Shown: positions 17,981 through 28,378, counted from the stretch's first letter. The stretch: DNA of 64,000 nt from an uncultured Ignavibacteria bacterium (GCA_964447175.1 CAYURP010000002.1:937-64936), one strand, 5' to 3'. Notes: generated by a model not told the origin, from the letters alone. Numbers and translations are program-made.

Positions 17981-20653
17981 TTGTTAATCCAAAAGAGATA
18001 CAGAGAAATTTTCATCTTTGCTTTTATAATGATTTTCTGGGCGTCCTGGGTGTGGGGCGGAACCTCAGGCAAGATATCCGGTACCCTGAGAGATAAAATC
18101 ACAGGAGAACCCTTGCCCGGTGCAACCATTATGATTTTGGGAACCAATATCGGTACCTCAACGGATGAAGATGGTGATTATTTTCTGATAAATATCCCCC
18201 CGGGCAACTATACTATTCAAGCAACTTTAATCGGATATGAGCCCGTTGTTCAAAAAGAGGTTAAAGTCCTTTTGGATCTGACCACTCCGGTGGATTTCAA
18301 ATTGATGTCCTCTCCCATTGAACTGGTCGAGGGTATAACGGTGATAGCTGAACGTCCGATGATTCAGAAGGATTTAACCTATTCCGGGAACATAGTGACC
18401 CGGGAGGAGTTAAATAACCTTCCTAATGCAGTAAACCTGCAGCAGGTGGTCTCCAATATGGCTGGAACGGTGGTGGACGAAGCTGGTTTGTTACATGTCC
18501 GGGGAGGCCGGGATGGAACGGTCAGCTATTTTCTGGACGGGGTAAATGTTCAGGATCCTTTTGTGGGGCAAGCTGGCACCCGGATTACCCCGGATGCCAT
18601 AGAGGAGCTGGATGTCACTACCGGAGGCTTCACTGCTGAGTATGGGGAGGCGCTCTCAGGAGTGGTAAGCGCAGTTACAAAGCGAGGAACCAACCTCTAT
18701 CAAGGAAAGATCAAAGCCTACGATGGCGCCACTCGCTCCTACGATGTTCACAACGGAAGTTTCAAAGATCTTGCCCGAAACGATAACCAATCGGTGATCT
18801 TAAACTTGGGAGGTCCTTTGACCTTCACCAACACTGATAGAGCCACGTTCTTTTTAACCAGTGAATATCTGAGAGACAAGGGCTACCTGCCTCATAACCA
18901 GGTGGAACTTTATTCCCATACTGGAAAGATAACCTTAAAACCCACCAATGATATCATAATCCTTCTTACCGGAAACTATTATCAGAGGGATCGACAGCGA
19001 TACCAACACCGGGACGGGAATAACTTCTCTTATGATTTCAACCTGGAGGGTCTGGGTAACTACCAAAATAAAGCCTATCATTATGGAGCTAAAATTACTT
19101 ATCCCGCTTCCCAAAACACCATATACACTATTAAGTTCAACCATTTCTTCACTGAAACCAAGCTTGCGCCAGAGCATCTCTTTGACCTGTACTGGAATCA
19201 GTGGCCTGGTTATTCGGTGGACTCCAATGGGGTTTACAATGGGACCATTCATACTCAAAACTACAACGTGGATCCAGAGTATTTTAACACCGGTTTCACT
19301 AAGGCTCCAGATTACTTCCCGGTCTATCATTATCGCAGGACCCAGTATAACAGCTTTGGTCTGGATTTGATCTCCCAGATAGATAAATATAATCAGATAA
19401 AATTAGGTTGGGAATACAGAGCCAACAGGCTCAAATGGGATGACAAACAATTCTTCAATATCAGACCGTACGGGGAACGCTATGTGGTCAATCCTGCGTA
19501 TGCAGCTCTGTATGTGCAGGATAAAATCGAGTTCCGGGAGATAATTTTAAATGCAGGCTTAAGATTGGATTATATGGATGCGGACATCGATTTCTGGAAT
19601 GATCCGGTGAAAAAAAATGAAAAAATACACACCAAGTCCAAAACTCAACTTTCACCTCGTCTGGGAATTTCGCATCCCATTTCTGATCTAACGGTTATTC
19701 ATTTCAACTACGGATATTACTTCCAGGTACCTCAGTATATGTATATGTTCACCAATTTGCAGGCTGATTTAAGCACCGGATATCCTCTGGTGGGCAATCC
19801 CAATATGGAGGTGGAAAAAACGGTTGCCTATGAGATGGGAATAAGCCATATGCTTAATCCAAACATCAGATTGAAGTTAACTGCCTATTATAAGGATCTG
19901 GGCAATCTGGCTACCACCCGAGAGGTGGTTTATGCTGGTGGTTCCTACACTCAGTACACAAATGCTGATTATGGATCAGTTAAAGGATTTGATTTGGTCC
20001 TGACTAAAATTGCCAGTGACCATCTCTCCGGAGGCATAAATTATACCTATTCCATAGCTAAGGGGAATGCTTCTTCAGTAACCGAGGGTTACTATGATTA
20101 TTTCACACAGGGAACGGAAGCTCCGGTCTGGCCGGTAAAAGAATATCCCCTCTCCTTTGATCAAAGGCACACTCTCTCGGCTGACATTGATTATCGAGTT
20201 CCCCGGGACTGGAAGGGTAAGTTTTTAGGTCTGACTATGCCCGGCGCCTGGGGAGTTAATGTGTTAACTCAATACGGAAGCGGATTACCTTATACCAAAA
20301 CCGATGACCAGGGGCATAGAGTTGGAATGCTAAACGAGGGTAGACTGCCCCCCACCTACCGGGTGGACCTGAAATTCAACAAGGATTTCTATTTCCTCAA
20401 GGATAGTGATCTTCATCTCACATTTTTCACCGAGGTGGAGAATCTATTTGATAGAAGTAATATCATTGATGTTTACCCTAATACCGGAAAACCGGATGAT
20501 GATGGAAGATATTATGAGCTGACTTCTGATCCGGATGGAGACGGACCTTTAACCCCTGAGGATGTGAATTGCTATTATAGGCTGTTGGCTAAGGATCCTC
20601 AGAACTACGACTCTCCCAGAAGGATCAGATGGGGATTTGAATTTGTGTTTTAA
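17981..20653 (+). CDS. TonB-dependent-receptor-like outer-membrane protein with CarboxypepD_reg N-domain (paralog of 7880-10630)
   Basis: 890 aa. TTG start with RBS ggagggtg. GKISGTLRDKITGEPLPGATIMILGTNIGTSTDEDGDYFLINIPPGNYTIQATLIGY is CarboxypepD_reg. Plug and barrel follow, ending ...RWGFEFVF. Confidence 0.75.
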   Translation: MLIQKRYREIFIFAFIMIFWASWVWGGTSGKISGTLRDKITGEPLPGATIMILGTNIGTSTDEDGDYFLINIPPGNYTIQATLIGYEPVVQKEVKVLLDLTTPVDFKLMSSPIELVEGITVIAERPMIQKDLTYSGNIVTREELNNLPNAVNLQQVVSNMAGTVVDEAGLLHVRGGRDGTVSYFLDGVNVQDPFVGQAGTRITPDAIEELDVTTGGFTAEYGEALSGVVSAVTKRGTNLYQGKIKAYDGATRSYDVHNGSFKDLARNDNQSVILNLGGPLTFTNTDRATFFLTSEYLRDKGYLPHNQVELYSHTGKITLKPTNDIIILLTGNYYQRDRQRYQHRDGNNFSYDFNLEGLGNYQNKAYHYGAKITYPASQNTIYTIKFNHFFTETKLAPEHLFDLYWNQWPGYSVDSNGVYNGTIHTQNYNVDPEYFNTGFTKAPDYFPVYHYRRTQYNSFGLDLISQIDKYNQIKLGWEYRANRLKWDDKQFFNIRPYGERYVVNPAYAALYVQDKIEFREIILNAGLRLDYMDADIDFWNDPVKKNEKIHTKSKTQLSPRLGISHPISDLTVIHFNYGYYFQVPQYMYMFTNLQADLSTGYPLVGNPNMEVEKTVAYEMGISHMLNPNIRLKLTAYYKDLGNLATTREVVYAGGSYTQYTNADYGSVKGFDLVLTKIASDHLSGGINYTYSIAKGNASSVTEGYYDYFTQGTEAPVWPVKEYPLSFDQRHTLSADIDYRVPRDWKGKFLGLTMPGAWGVNVLTQYGSGLPYTKTDDQGHRVGMLNEGRLPPTYRVDLKFNKDFYFLKDSDLHLTFFTEVENLFDRSNIIDVYPNTGKPDDDGRYYELTSDPDGDGPLTPEDVNCYYRLLAKDPQNYDSPRRIRWGFEFVF

Positions 20654-20687
20654 TCTTTTTTAACCCTTTTCAGGAGGGAAGGTAAGT

Positions 20688-23357
20688 ATGTTTCAAAGAA
20701 AATCTATTGGCTTCTGGATTTATTCCTGGGGTTTTTTGATCTCCCTAATTCTTTTTAGCAGCAGCGGATTGTCCAAAACTACCTCTTCTTTGATTCCTCC
20801 GTCTGAGATTCAGGACCAGATCATTCAGAACAAGGGTAATATCGCAACCACAATTCAGAATTGGGGTCAGATCGGAGGACAGAGCCATCTGGGCAAACCC
20901 TCAGGGGAGTGGCCTAAGGGATCGGGTCATAACTACCTGGCAGAGATCAAATACTGGATGGGTGCCATCAAGCTCAGCGGCGATACGGTGGTAGCTAATA
21001 CCGAAGACGATTTCATGCCTATTGCTATGCCTCTCTTTGGAGAGGAGAGCTACAAGATCCGTCTTTCCACCGACCCCTCAACCTACGATTATGATTCATA
21101 TGATACGGTGGGTTTGGGAATTGGCAAACCCTCCTATGGGTGGAAAGTATGGGATTTGGAGAAGGACTCCTGGGAGTATAACAAGGTCTGGAACTTATCC
21201 TCGGGTCAATTTGAAGGAGCTGGTCCAATTTCCTTACAGGAAAGCCACTACCGGTTTAATGATGCTAATAGCGGCATAAGTGTTTTGGATTTGGAGATGA
21301 CTCAGACTATTTATCAGTGGAACTACAGCTACAACCAGGATTTTCTATTCGTGGTATTAGAGATCAAAAACAACAGTTCCGATAATTACTCTGATTTTGC
21401 TTTTGGTCTTTACTGCGATTTCGATGTGGGGGGGTATCATCCACCTACCGGGGAAAACGGGAGATTGGGTGATCTGGTGGAATTTGATTCTGCTTTGAAT
21501 TTGGCTTGGACCTATGATCAGGATGGTTATGATCCTGGTTGGGGACCCCTGGTAAAGACCGGAATGATGGGGACCAAATATATAGAGACGCCGGACAATA
21601 TCGGAATGACTGCCTTCAGAACCGGCCAATGGGAATATCTGCCGGATGATGATCCGGGGAAATATGAATATATTAATAGCCAGCAATTCGATCAGAGTTT
21701 ACCCCCCACAGACCAATACTATATTCAATGCACTCGGGGGATAGATTTGAGGTCCGGCAAAACAGTACGAGTGGTTTTTGCGCTTATTGCTGGTTATGAT
21801 GAGAAGGATTTAAAGGATAAAGCCAATATGGCTCAAACGGTATATGAGAACTATTTTATCGGTCCGGAACCACCCAAGCCATCTAATCTGGTCGCTACGC
21901 CGGGGAATGGTTTGGTAAAGCTCCTGTGGGACGATGTTTCTGAAAATTCGGTGGATCCTCTAAGCGGGATTGTAGATTTTAGGGGTTATAAGATCTATAG
22001 AAGCACAGATATGGGTTTGACCTGGGGAGATTTGGTGAAAAATCCAGATGGGAGCCTGGGTCCGGATTACATACCCATTGCAATGTTTCAGAAGGAAAAT
22101 GAGGAGGACATCCTACCGCATACCTATATCGACAGAAACCTGACCAATGGGATAGAATGCTGGTATACGGTGGTGGCTTTTGACGGGGGTGACACCACGG
22201 TTCCCATAGAGCCTTTACAGAATGCTTATGGTCGACCGGGTGAAGATCCCAACTGCCAGTTCGCCATACCTCGTACTGATCCTGCTGGATATTATCCCAT
22301 AGACGTAACTGTGGATCACAACTATTATGGATTGGAGAGCAAAAGCGATGGATGGGTAGTGCCAATGGTTTTCGATCAGGGCGCTTTGACGGGACACGAT
22401 TATAAAGTTACCTTTTCCGAGGATTATCTATCTACCTACTGGCATTTGATTGATATTTCCAACAGTGATACGGTTTTAAAAGCACAGACCGAACAGTCCG
22501 GTGATACGGTGAAATACCAGGTGGTGGATGGAATCCAGGTGATCGTCACCAACGGTCTTAAGGATCCCAGCTACTACTACCAGACTGAGTTTGCCACCGG
22601 ATCAGATACCACCTTACATATGGGATATATGTATGGGTCGATGGGAGAGACTTTTGGATTTCCTACGGGCGGAGACATCCATTTTCGCTCCACCTACGAA
22701 TTCAGATTCACCGCGGAAGGCTCTCAGGGGTTCAGCTTTCACGATGGTGTTACTCCCGTTGATCTCCCCTTTGAAGTCTGGAACGTAACCTTGGAGCAAA
22801 AGGTTTTTGCTGAGATTTATGATCGAGGAGATGGGGTATGGGACCCGGATAAGAAAGATTATATAATTATCGTTAACTATCCGTATGATGGAGAACCACA
22901 TCCCGAAGCTTTTCCCTTTTATGACGTTTGGTTCTTCAGATTCGACACCACGGATACCCAATATTCAACAGGCGATGTTTTCAGAGTTGGGGGGGCATCA
23001 CTCAATTCCCCGGATGATGAATTTTTCTTCAGTTCTCCAGGGATAGACGACAGACAAGCAAGAAGGGAACTGGCTAATGTTAAGGTTGTACCTAATCCCT
23101 ATATCGCCCGTGCCGATTGGGAAACCACAGACGGGATGAGGAAGATTCAATTCACCCATCTGCCCGATATCTGCACCATAAGAATTTACACCTTAGCCGG
23201 GGATCTAGTTCAGACCCTTATACATGATAATGGTTCTGGATCAGAAGATTGGGATCTTTTATCCGAAAATCAACAGGGAATAAGCTCAGGAGTCTATTTC
23301 TATCACGTTTCATCAAAATATGGTGAAAAGATCGGCAAATTCGCTATTATCAAATAA
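20688..23357 (+). CDS. large secreted protein with FN3-like domain and T9SS type-A C-terminal sorting domain (CTD)
   Basis: 889 aa; signal peptide. The C-terminal ~85 aa, VKVVPNPYIAR...CTIRIYTLAGDLVQTL...ISSGVYFYHVSSKYGEKIGKFAIIK, match the Por_Secre_tail pattern (VYPNP...IxIYdxxGxLV...SGvYFy...KfxiiK). Confidence 0.65.
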   Translation: MFQRKSIGFWIYSWGFLISLILFSSSGLSKTTSSLIPPSEIQDQIIQNKGNIATTIQNWGQIGGQSHLGKPSGEWPKGSGHNYLAEIKYWMGAIKLSGDTVVANTEDDFMPIAMPLFGEESYKIRLSTDPSTYDYDSYDTVGLGIGKPSYGWKVWDLEKDSWEYNKVWNLSSGQFEGAGPISLQESHYRFNDANSGISVLDLEMTQTIYQWNYSYNQDFLFVVLEIKNNSSDNYSDFAFGLYCDFDVGGYHPPTGENGRLGDLVEFDSALNLAWTYDQDGYDPGWGPLVKTGMMGTKYIETPDNIGMTAFRTGQWEYLPDDDPGKYEYINSQQFDQSLPPTDQYYIQCTRGIDLRSGKTVRVVFALIAGYDEKDLKDKANMAQTVYENYFIGPEPPKPSNLVATPGNGLVKLLWDDVSENSVDPLSGIVDFRGYKIYRSTDMGLTWGDLVKNPDGSLGPDYIPIAMFQKENEEDILPHTYIDRNLTNGIECWYTVVAFDGGDTTVPIEPLQNAYGRPGEDPNCQFAIPRTDPAGYYPIDVTVDHNYYGLESKSDGWVVPMVFDQGALTGHDYKVTFSEDYLSTYWHLIDISNSDTVLKAQTEQSGDTVKYQVVDGIQVIVTNGLKDPSYYYQTEFATGSDTTLHMGYMYGSMGETFGFPTGGDIHFRSTYEFRFTAEGSQGFSFHDGVTPVDLPFEVWNVTLEQKVFAEIYDRGDGVWDPDKKDYIIIVNYPYDGEPHPEAFPFYDVWFFRFDTTDTQYSTGDVFRVGGASLNSPDDEFFFSSPGIDDRQARRELANVKVVPNPYIARADWETTDGMRKIQFTHLPDICTIRIYTLAGDLVQTLIHDNGSGSEDWDLLSENQQGISSGVYFYHVSSKYGEKIGKFAIIK

Positions 23358-23378
23358 CCTTAAAAAAGGGAGAAAAAA

Positions 23379-24389
23379 ATGGCTAAGAGAATTCTACTAA
23401 CTTTAATCATTCTGACTCTGGTGCTGAGCCACTCCGGCGTGGCAGAGGAATTCTCCAAGGTGGGGAGTGTGGGAGCGCAGTTTTTGAAAATAGGCGTGGG
23501 TGCAAAGTATGTGGGAATGGGTGAAGCATCGGTGGCTTGCGTGAATGATGCCTATGCTATGTACTGGAACCCAGCCGGTCTGACTCAGCTTTCCCAGAAT
23601 AATCTACGCTTCACCAATGTGGATTGGATAGATGATGTCCAGCTGAATTATGTGTCTTTTGGTAAACCCTGGGGCAGCTCCTCTGCCTGGGGAATCAGTA
23701 TGACCGTTCTGACCATGGGGGATATGGAAGTTACCACGGTGCAGGAACCAGAAGGGACTGGCGAGAAGTTCTCCGCCTCGGATTACTCGATAGCTTTAGG
23801 TTATGCCAGAAAACTTACAGATAGATTTTCTCTGGGACTGAGTTTCAAATACCTGTGGGAGAGGATCTCAGAGGAATCTGCATCCGGATTTGCTTTTGAT
23901 TTCGGGACTCTGTTTTTCACCGGCATTCAGAATTTAAGGATGGGTATGAACATCTCCAATTTGGGCCCGGAGATGAAATTAGATGGACCGGAGCTGGATG
24001 TGTTTTATACCCCCTATCCCGAGAACACCAACTATGATGGGGTGAAAAGCAAGCTGGCTGTGGAACCCTATGATCTGCCGCTAACTTTTAGAGTGGGATT
24101 GGCATATGATCTTTACCCATCGGCTGATTCCAGGCTCACTCTATCCAGCGAAGCCAAACATCCCAATGATAACCTGCAGCAGGTGAGCTTTGGCGGAGAA
24201 TGGGTTTGGAAGGAAATGGTGTCCTTGAGAACCGGATATAAGCTGAACTATGAGGAAGAGGGTTTAACCTTAGGGGGTGGATTGAAGCTGAAAACCGGAG
24301 AAAGAACCACCCTGGAGCTGAACTATGCCTGGGCTGATTTCAACCGGCTACAGAGCGTTCATCGCTTTTCTGTGGGTTTTGACTTTTAA
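23379..24389 (+). CDS. PorV/PorQ-family-like outer-membrane beta-barrel (T9SS shuttle-like)
   Basis: 336 aa; signal peptide. The N-terminal GAQFLKIGVGAKYVGMGEASVACVNDAYAMYWNPAGL motif (GxxxLGMG...ayaiYWNPAGL) is characteristic of the PorV/PorQ/UPF0164 barrel family. It has alternating amphipathic strands and a C-terminal F. It is adjacent to a CTD-bearing cargo gene. Confidence 0.55.
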   Translation: MAKRILLTLIILTLVLSHSGVAEEFSKVGSVGAQFLKIGVGAKYVGMGEASVACVNDAYAMYWNPAGLTQLSQNNLRFTNVDWIDDVQLNYVSFGKPWGSSSAWGISMTVLTMGDMEVTTVQEPEGTGEKFSASDYSIALGYARKLTDRFSLGLSFKYLWERISEESASGFAFDFGTLFFTGIQNLRMGMNISNLGPEMKLDGPELDVFYTPYPENTNYDGVKSKLAVEPYDLPLTFRVGLAYDLYPSADSRLTLSSEAKHPNDNLQQVSFGGEWVWKEMVSLRTGYKLNYEEEGLTLGGGLKLKTGERTTLELNYAWADFNRLQSVHRFSVGFDF

Positions 24390-24430
24390 GGTGGACCATT
24401 ATAAAAGGGCGAGGATTTAAAAAGTTAATA

Positions 24431-24517
24431 AAAAAGGTGGCTCCCTTGCCAGGGTAGAGACGGTGGGAATTTAGACAAGGGAGCCTAATTGGGGCTTTAT
24501 GAAGTCAAATCTATAAT
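24431..24517 (+). repeat. copy 1 of ~88-nt structured element (candidate sRNA/regulatory RNA)
   Basis: aaaaaggtggctcccttgcc...aagggagcc...ggggctttatgaagtcaaa. An internal inverted repeat ggctcccttgc/gcaagggagcc forms a long stem. About 80% identical to copy 2. Confidence 0.45.
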
Positions 24518-24677
24518 ATGCTGAACCTTATTTTTTGTCAAGAAAAAATTATACTCGTTTAATATTTTACCAGAGGAATATCAACTCAAGAATTATTAGA
24601 GTCGCATATCAGACCTCGATTCAGGAGAATCTTCAAGAGAAGATCTGGCAATAGAACAACAATATAAAAAAGTATAT

Positions 24678-24765
24678 AAAAAGAGGTGGCTCCCTTGCTA
24701 GGGTAGAGACGCGGGGCTTTTCGCAAGGGAGCCGGTTGGGGCTTTATGAAGTCAAACTAATTATA
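24678..24765 (+). repeat. copy 2 of ~88-nt structured element
   Basis: aaaaagaggtggctcccttgctagggtagagacgcggggcttttcgcaagggagccggttggggctttatgaagtcaaa. Same stem and conserved 3' block as copy 1. Confidence 0.45.
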
Positions 24766-25032
24766 GCTATATAAAAATTTTTGACAATCGGGTAACAACC
24801 TTAATTTCGGTTAAAGATATCCTTTTTTCATAATAAAAAACGACCTCAAATGGAAAAAGTTTGAACTTTTTTAAAGAAAAGACCTCCCCAGGGGTTATAT
24901 CTACCTTGAATCTCCTATACTAGCCTTTTAAAACTAAAAAGCGATTCTCCCCATCATCCTTTATACATAATAATTGCCTTATCCCTTCCTGGAGTGATCA
25001 AATGTTAAGTTCCCTCCTTAGAGATAATAAAA

Positions 25033-25105
<73 letters not shown>

Positions 25106-25537
25106 CAACTTATTCTTTTATCGACCCGATATAAATTTCTTAAACAAAATAAAATATTAAAAATCAGTGTCAAGAGAAAATTGGACTCTTCATATATTTT
25201 AATTGTTACTGGCAGCAACTGAGGACACAAAAGAGTACAACCTTCCATTAAAAAGAGAAGATTTCAATAAATCATAGCCTTAAGTAGAAGGTATCAGGAT
25301 TCGGTTAGACACAATTTGAAGCATATCTATTTGGAGGAGGCCACTACAACAAATGGTTCCTTGGGATAAGGCGGCATTTGTGGAATGCTCACATATTGAA
25401 CATTAACCCTTTTTGGGTATTGCCGATAAACAAAGCAACAGGAGGAGGTGCGTAGTATATTACTGTGAATTTAACTACTTAGTATACCAATATTAAAAAC
25501 CTAAAATTTACGAAAGGAGGTGAAAGGGGTGAAAAAC

Positions 25538-26044
25538 ATGCGCACACTTTTTGAGAACCGAGCTGGTTTTACACTGGTTGAGCTGGCCATCGGTCTGGTG
25601 ATCATCGGTCTTTTGATCGGAGCTATTCTGGGAGGTGCTCAGATGATCAAGAACGCCAAGATCAAAAGGCAGATCAATGACCTTCAAGGTCTCTATGGCG
25701 CAGTGTACACCTATTTCGATAGGTTCCTGCAGCTGCCAGGTGACTATAATGCTGATGGTTATTTCGACATTGACTCCGTGGTGTGGAACGATATCGAGAG
25801 TGAGGAGTTAGCTTACGAGGCCAAGAGAAGCCCGTTTGGAGCTAAATACTATTTTGGTTCCGATACGCTTGCAACACCAGCAGCATACAGGAATGGTAAT
25901 TACGTCCTGGTAAGCCTTCCGGTGGATGTAGCGGAGAATGTGGACAAGCAGCTCGACGATGGAATTGATAGCACCGGTATCGTGACATCAGATAGTCCTT
26001 ATACCGGCACAGGGAAGATAGATGTTTATTACTTCTTAGACTAA
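25538..26044 (+). CDS. type IV (pseudo)pilin with prepilin leader, likely major pilin of the downstream MSHA-type system
   Basis: ATG at 25538 preferred over upstream GTG. Leader MRTLFENRAG | FTLVELAIGLVIIGLLIGAIL is the class-III signal with cleavage G|F and Glu+5. Confidence 0.8.
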   Translation: MRTLFENRAGFTLVELAIGLVIIGLLIGAILGGAQMIKNAKIKRQINDLQGLYGAVYTYFDRFLQLPGDYNADGYFDIDSVVWNDIESEELAYEAKRSPFGAKYYFGSDTLATPAAYRNGNYVLVSLPVDVAENVDKQLDDGIDSTGIVTSDSPYTGTGKIDVYYFLD

Positions 26045-26142
26045 AGGATAATAGTCGATTTCAAGGTGGGGGACACTGCTCAGGTGGTGTCCCCTTCCCG
26101 AATTTCACAGGAAATGCCAGATACTTTTTTTGAGAAAACTAT

Positions 26143-26994
26143 ATGAGCTTCTCATATTTCAGGATAGCTCATGAACACCCCTATAGGGGTTTCACCCTTC
26201 TGGAGTTAGCCATAGTCATGGCCATTTTCGGATTATTGACAGCATCCGCTGTAGGACTTTATGGGGCCATGTCCAAACGCAATCGAGAAGTGAAAACCAA
26301 AGACGAAATGGAAAACATAAGAGAGGCAGTGCTGGGCTATTATCGGAACTATCTGTTTTTACCCGCTCCGGAAGCCGGGTATGTTGTTCCCATTGACGAG
26401 CTGGATCTTCCACCCACAGCCCAGAAGGATGAGATCTATAAAGGAAAGTATTATGCTTACATAGCGACCAATGCCGGGTCACCATTCTCCGAGCTGTTAG
26501 TGGACGGACAGTCCATAGGAGAAACAGCTATAGTTTTGATATCCAGCGGAGCCAACTTGAGATTTGAGGAGGAAAATTCCGATCTCGGCGACGGGGAATA
26601 TTCTCAGGAGGGAACCACTGCAGATTTCGATGATATACTTATATGCCTTTCTGGCAACGAGCTGGGGTCCTCCATTGCTTGGAGAAGGGAGATCGAGGAG
26701 GAAGTGGCAGTGTTGAATCGGGCTGCAGAGATATTGGCGAAAAACGATGATGATGGAGATGGGTTTGTAGATGAGGATTCCACCGACCCTTCAGGCAACT
26801 CAGATAGCTACACTGACTGGGATCTGGTGAGTGGAACAGGGTCTTTAGTCAATGCCGGGCTTTTGTGGAATCCCGATCACATAGTGGACCCATGGGGAAC
26901 TGAATATTGTTGGGATTTTTTTAATCATGAATTTTACTCAGCCGGCTCCAACAGGACCGATGAAGGCTGTGGTGGGGATGATATCTGCCCTTAA
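26143..26994 (+). CDS. larger prepilin-type protein (minor pilin or pseudopilin)
   Basis: 283 aa. ...YRG|FTLLELAIVMAIFGLLTASAV prepilin motif, then an Asp/Glu-rich region (DDDGDGFVDEDSTDPSGNSD) resembling a Ca-binding loop. Confidence 0.65.
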   Translation: MSFSYFRIAHEHPYRGFTLLELAIVMAIFGLLTASAVGLYGAMSKRNREVKTKDEMENIREAVLGYYRNYLFLPAPEAGYVVPIDELDLPPTAQKDEIYKGKYYAYIATNAGSPFSELLVDGQSIGETAIVLISSGANLRFEEENSDLGDGEYSQEGTTADFDDILICLSGNELGSSIAWRREIEEEVAVLNRAAEILAKNDDDGDGFVDEDSTDPSGNSDSYTDWDLVSGTGSLVNAGLLWNPDHIVDPWGTEYCWDFFNHEFYSAGSNRTDEGCGGDDICP

Positions 26995-27009
26995 AAGGAG
27001 CAAAATCAA

Positions 27010-28377
27010 ATGCTTTTGTGCGTGGATTTGACAAGTAAGAAAGCCAAGGTAACCGGGATAAATAAGGGGAAAAGATCTTTCAGAGTTGTGGAATCGCTGG
27101 AATTTGACATATCTAAGCTGGAAACAGCCTTTGGAGAATATCTTAAGAGCAGATCCGGGGACATTGACGAAATAAGGGTATCCGGAGCTCTGGAGAATAC
27201 CTTTCATAAGATCTTCATTATTCCCGATCTGAAGGGAAAGATGTTTACGGCTGCCCTGTATTCTGAGGTGACAAAAGCCTTTGGAGTTATTTATCAATTC
27301 AAATACCTGGATATGGGTGAGGTCCCCGGTCCTGGTAATAAAATTAACCGAAAGATAATGTCAGCAGGTATAAAAAGAGATAACTTGGAAGAGCTCTCAC
27401 GACTGTTTAACGACTCCCCAACAAAACCGGATATGTTTACCACATATCCGGTAGCTGTGCATGCGGCTATTCAAAAACTCGAACTCATATCTGAGGAACC
27501 CCTGGGTTTTCTGGAGCTGGACTATCCCACCAGTCGTATAGTTATCTTCAAAGGGGATGAAATAAGAGTGTCTCGGGAGATCAATGTTCTGGAGGAGGAA
27601 AAAGACCCTGACCGATCAACTCTGGCTAAGGATATCTATCGAACCCTGCTTTTCTACACGGAGAACTATCCTAACGAGTTAGTGAAGAGAATAGTTTTGG
27701 CAGGAAACTCAGCCACCTCAAAAACTGTTGAGGCTTTGACTAAAAAAACAGGAGCTGAGATCATTCCCTTTTCACCCGAGGGCATGATCGAGAAATCAGA
27801 TAAAATATCCCCCGTTCCCCCTGGATGCTTGGGGCTGGCACTGTTAGATCCCGATAGCTTCCCCTTTGAATTCGTACCCATGTCGATTCAGGAGAAAAGA
27901 AAGATAAAAAAGGCATTAACCCTCTCCTTTAGTGCTATTCTGGTTATTGTCCTGATTCTTGCTTTAGCCATTTCTCGGTTTTCTCTGGATTTGAGAAATC
28001 TGAATAATTACCACAGGGGGATTAAAGGTGGAATCAAGATGAAGGAGGATCGGCTGAAAGAGCTGGGTTTGGAGTTTGTCTCTCATTCCATTGAAACCAC
28101 CCAACCCCCATGGTCTGAGGTGCTTCTGGAGATGGCAGCGGCAGTGCCGTCGGGGGTTGTTTTTGAATCCTTTGTCTTGAAGAAGACAAATAAGGTGTGG
28201 AGGGGGGAAATCGTAGGCTTGGCAGAGGGGAAAGACGAGATCAGCTCGCTTTTGCTGGTGGAAAGCTTACAAAATAATTTCAATCAGTCCCCCCTTTTTA
28301 AGGATGCTAAGCTGTTGGAAAAAGAACTGCAAGGTAAAAAAGTTGAGTTCAAAATTAATTATCAATTGAATATGTGA
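27010..28377 (+). CDS. PilM/PilN-like fusion (MshI/MshJ-like): actin-like cytoplasmic domain + TM + periplasmic domain
   Basis: 455 aa with a single TM helix ALTLSFSAILVIVLILALAISRF around residue 300. Position is first in an Msh-like gene order. The family call is inferred from architecture and synteny. Confidence 0.45.
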   Translation: MLLCVDLTSKKAKVTGINKGKRSFRVVESLEFDISKLETAFGEYLKSRSGDIDEIRVSGALENTFHKIFIIPDLKGKMFTAALYSEVTKAFGVIYQFKYLDMGEVPGPGNKINRKIMSAGIKRDNLEELSRLFNDSPTKPDMFTTYPVAVHAAIQKLELISEEPLGFLELDYPTSRIVIFKGDEIRVSREINVLEEEKDPDRSTLAKDIYRTLLFYTENYPNELVKRIVLAGNSATSKTVEALTKKTGAEIIPFSPEGMIEKSDKISPVPPGCLGLALLDPDSFPFEFVPMSIQEKRKIKKALTLSFSAILVIVLILALAISRFSLDLRNLNNYHRGIKGGIKMKEDRLKELGLEFVSHSIETTQPPWSEVLLEMAAAVPSGVVFESFVLKKTNKVWRGEIVGLAEGKDEISSLLLVESLQNNFNQSPLFKDAKLLEKELQGKKVEFKINYQLNM

Positions 28378-28378
28378 T

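Noticed and set aside
21022-22961. Multiple 60-130-aa ORFs on both strands inside 20688-23357
   Set aside because: They are internal or antisense to a long CDS with a clear signal peptide and CTD, with no independent support.
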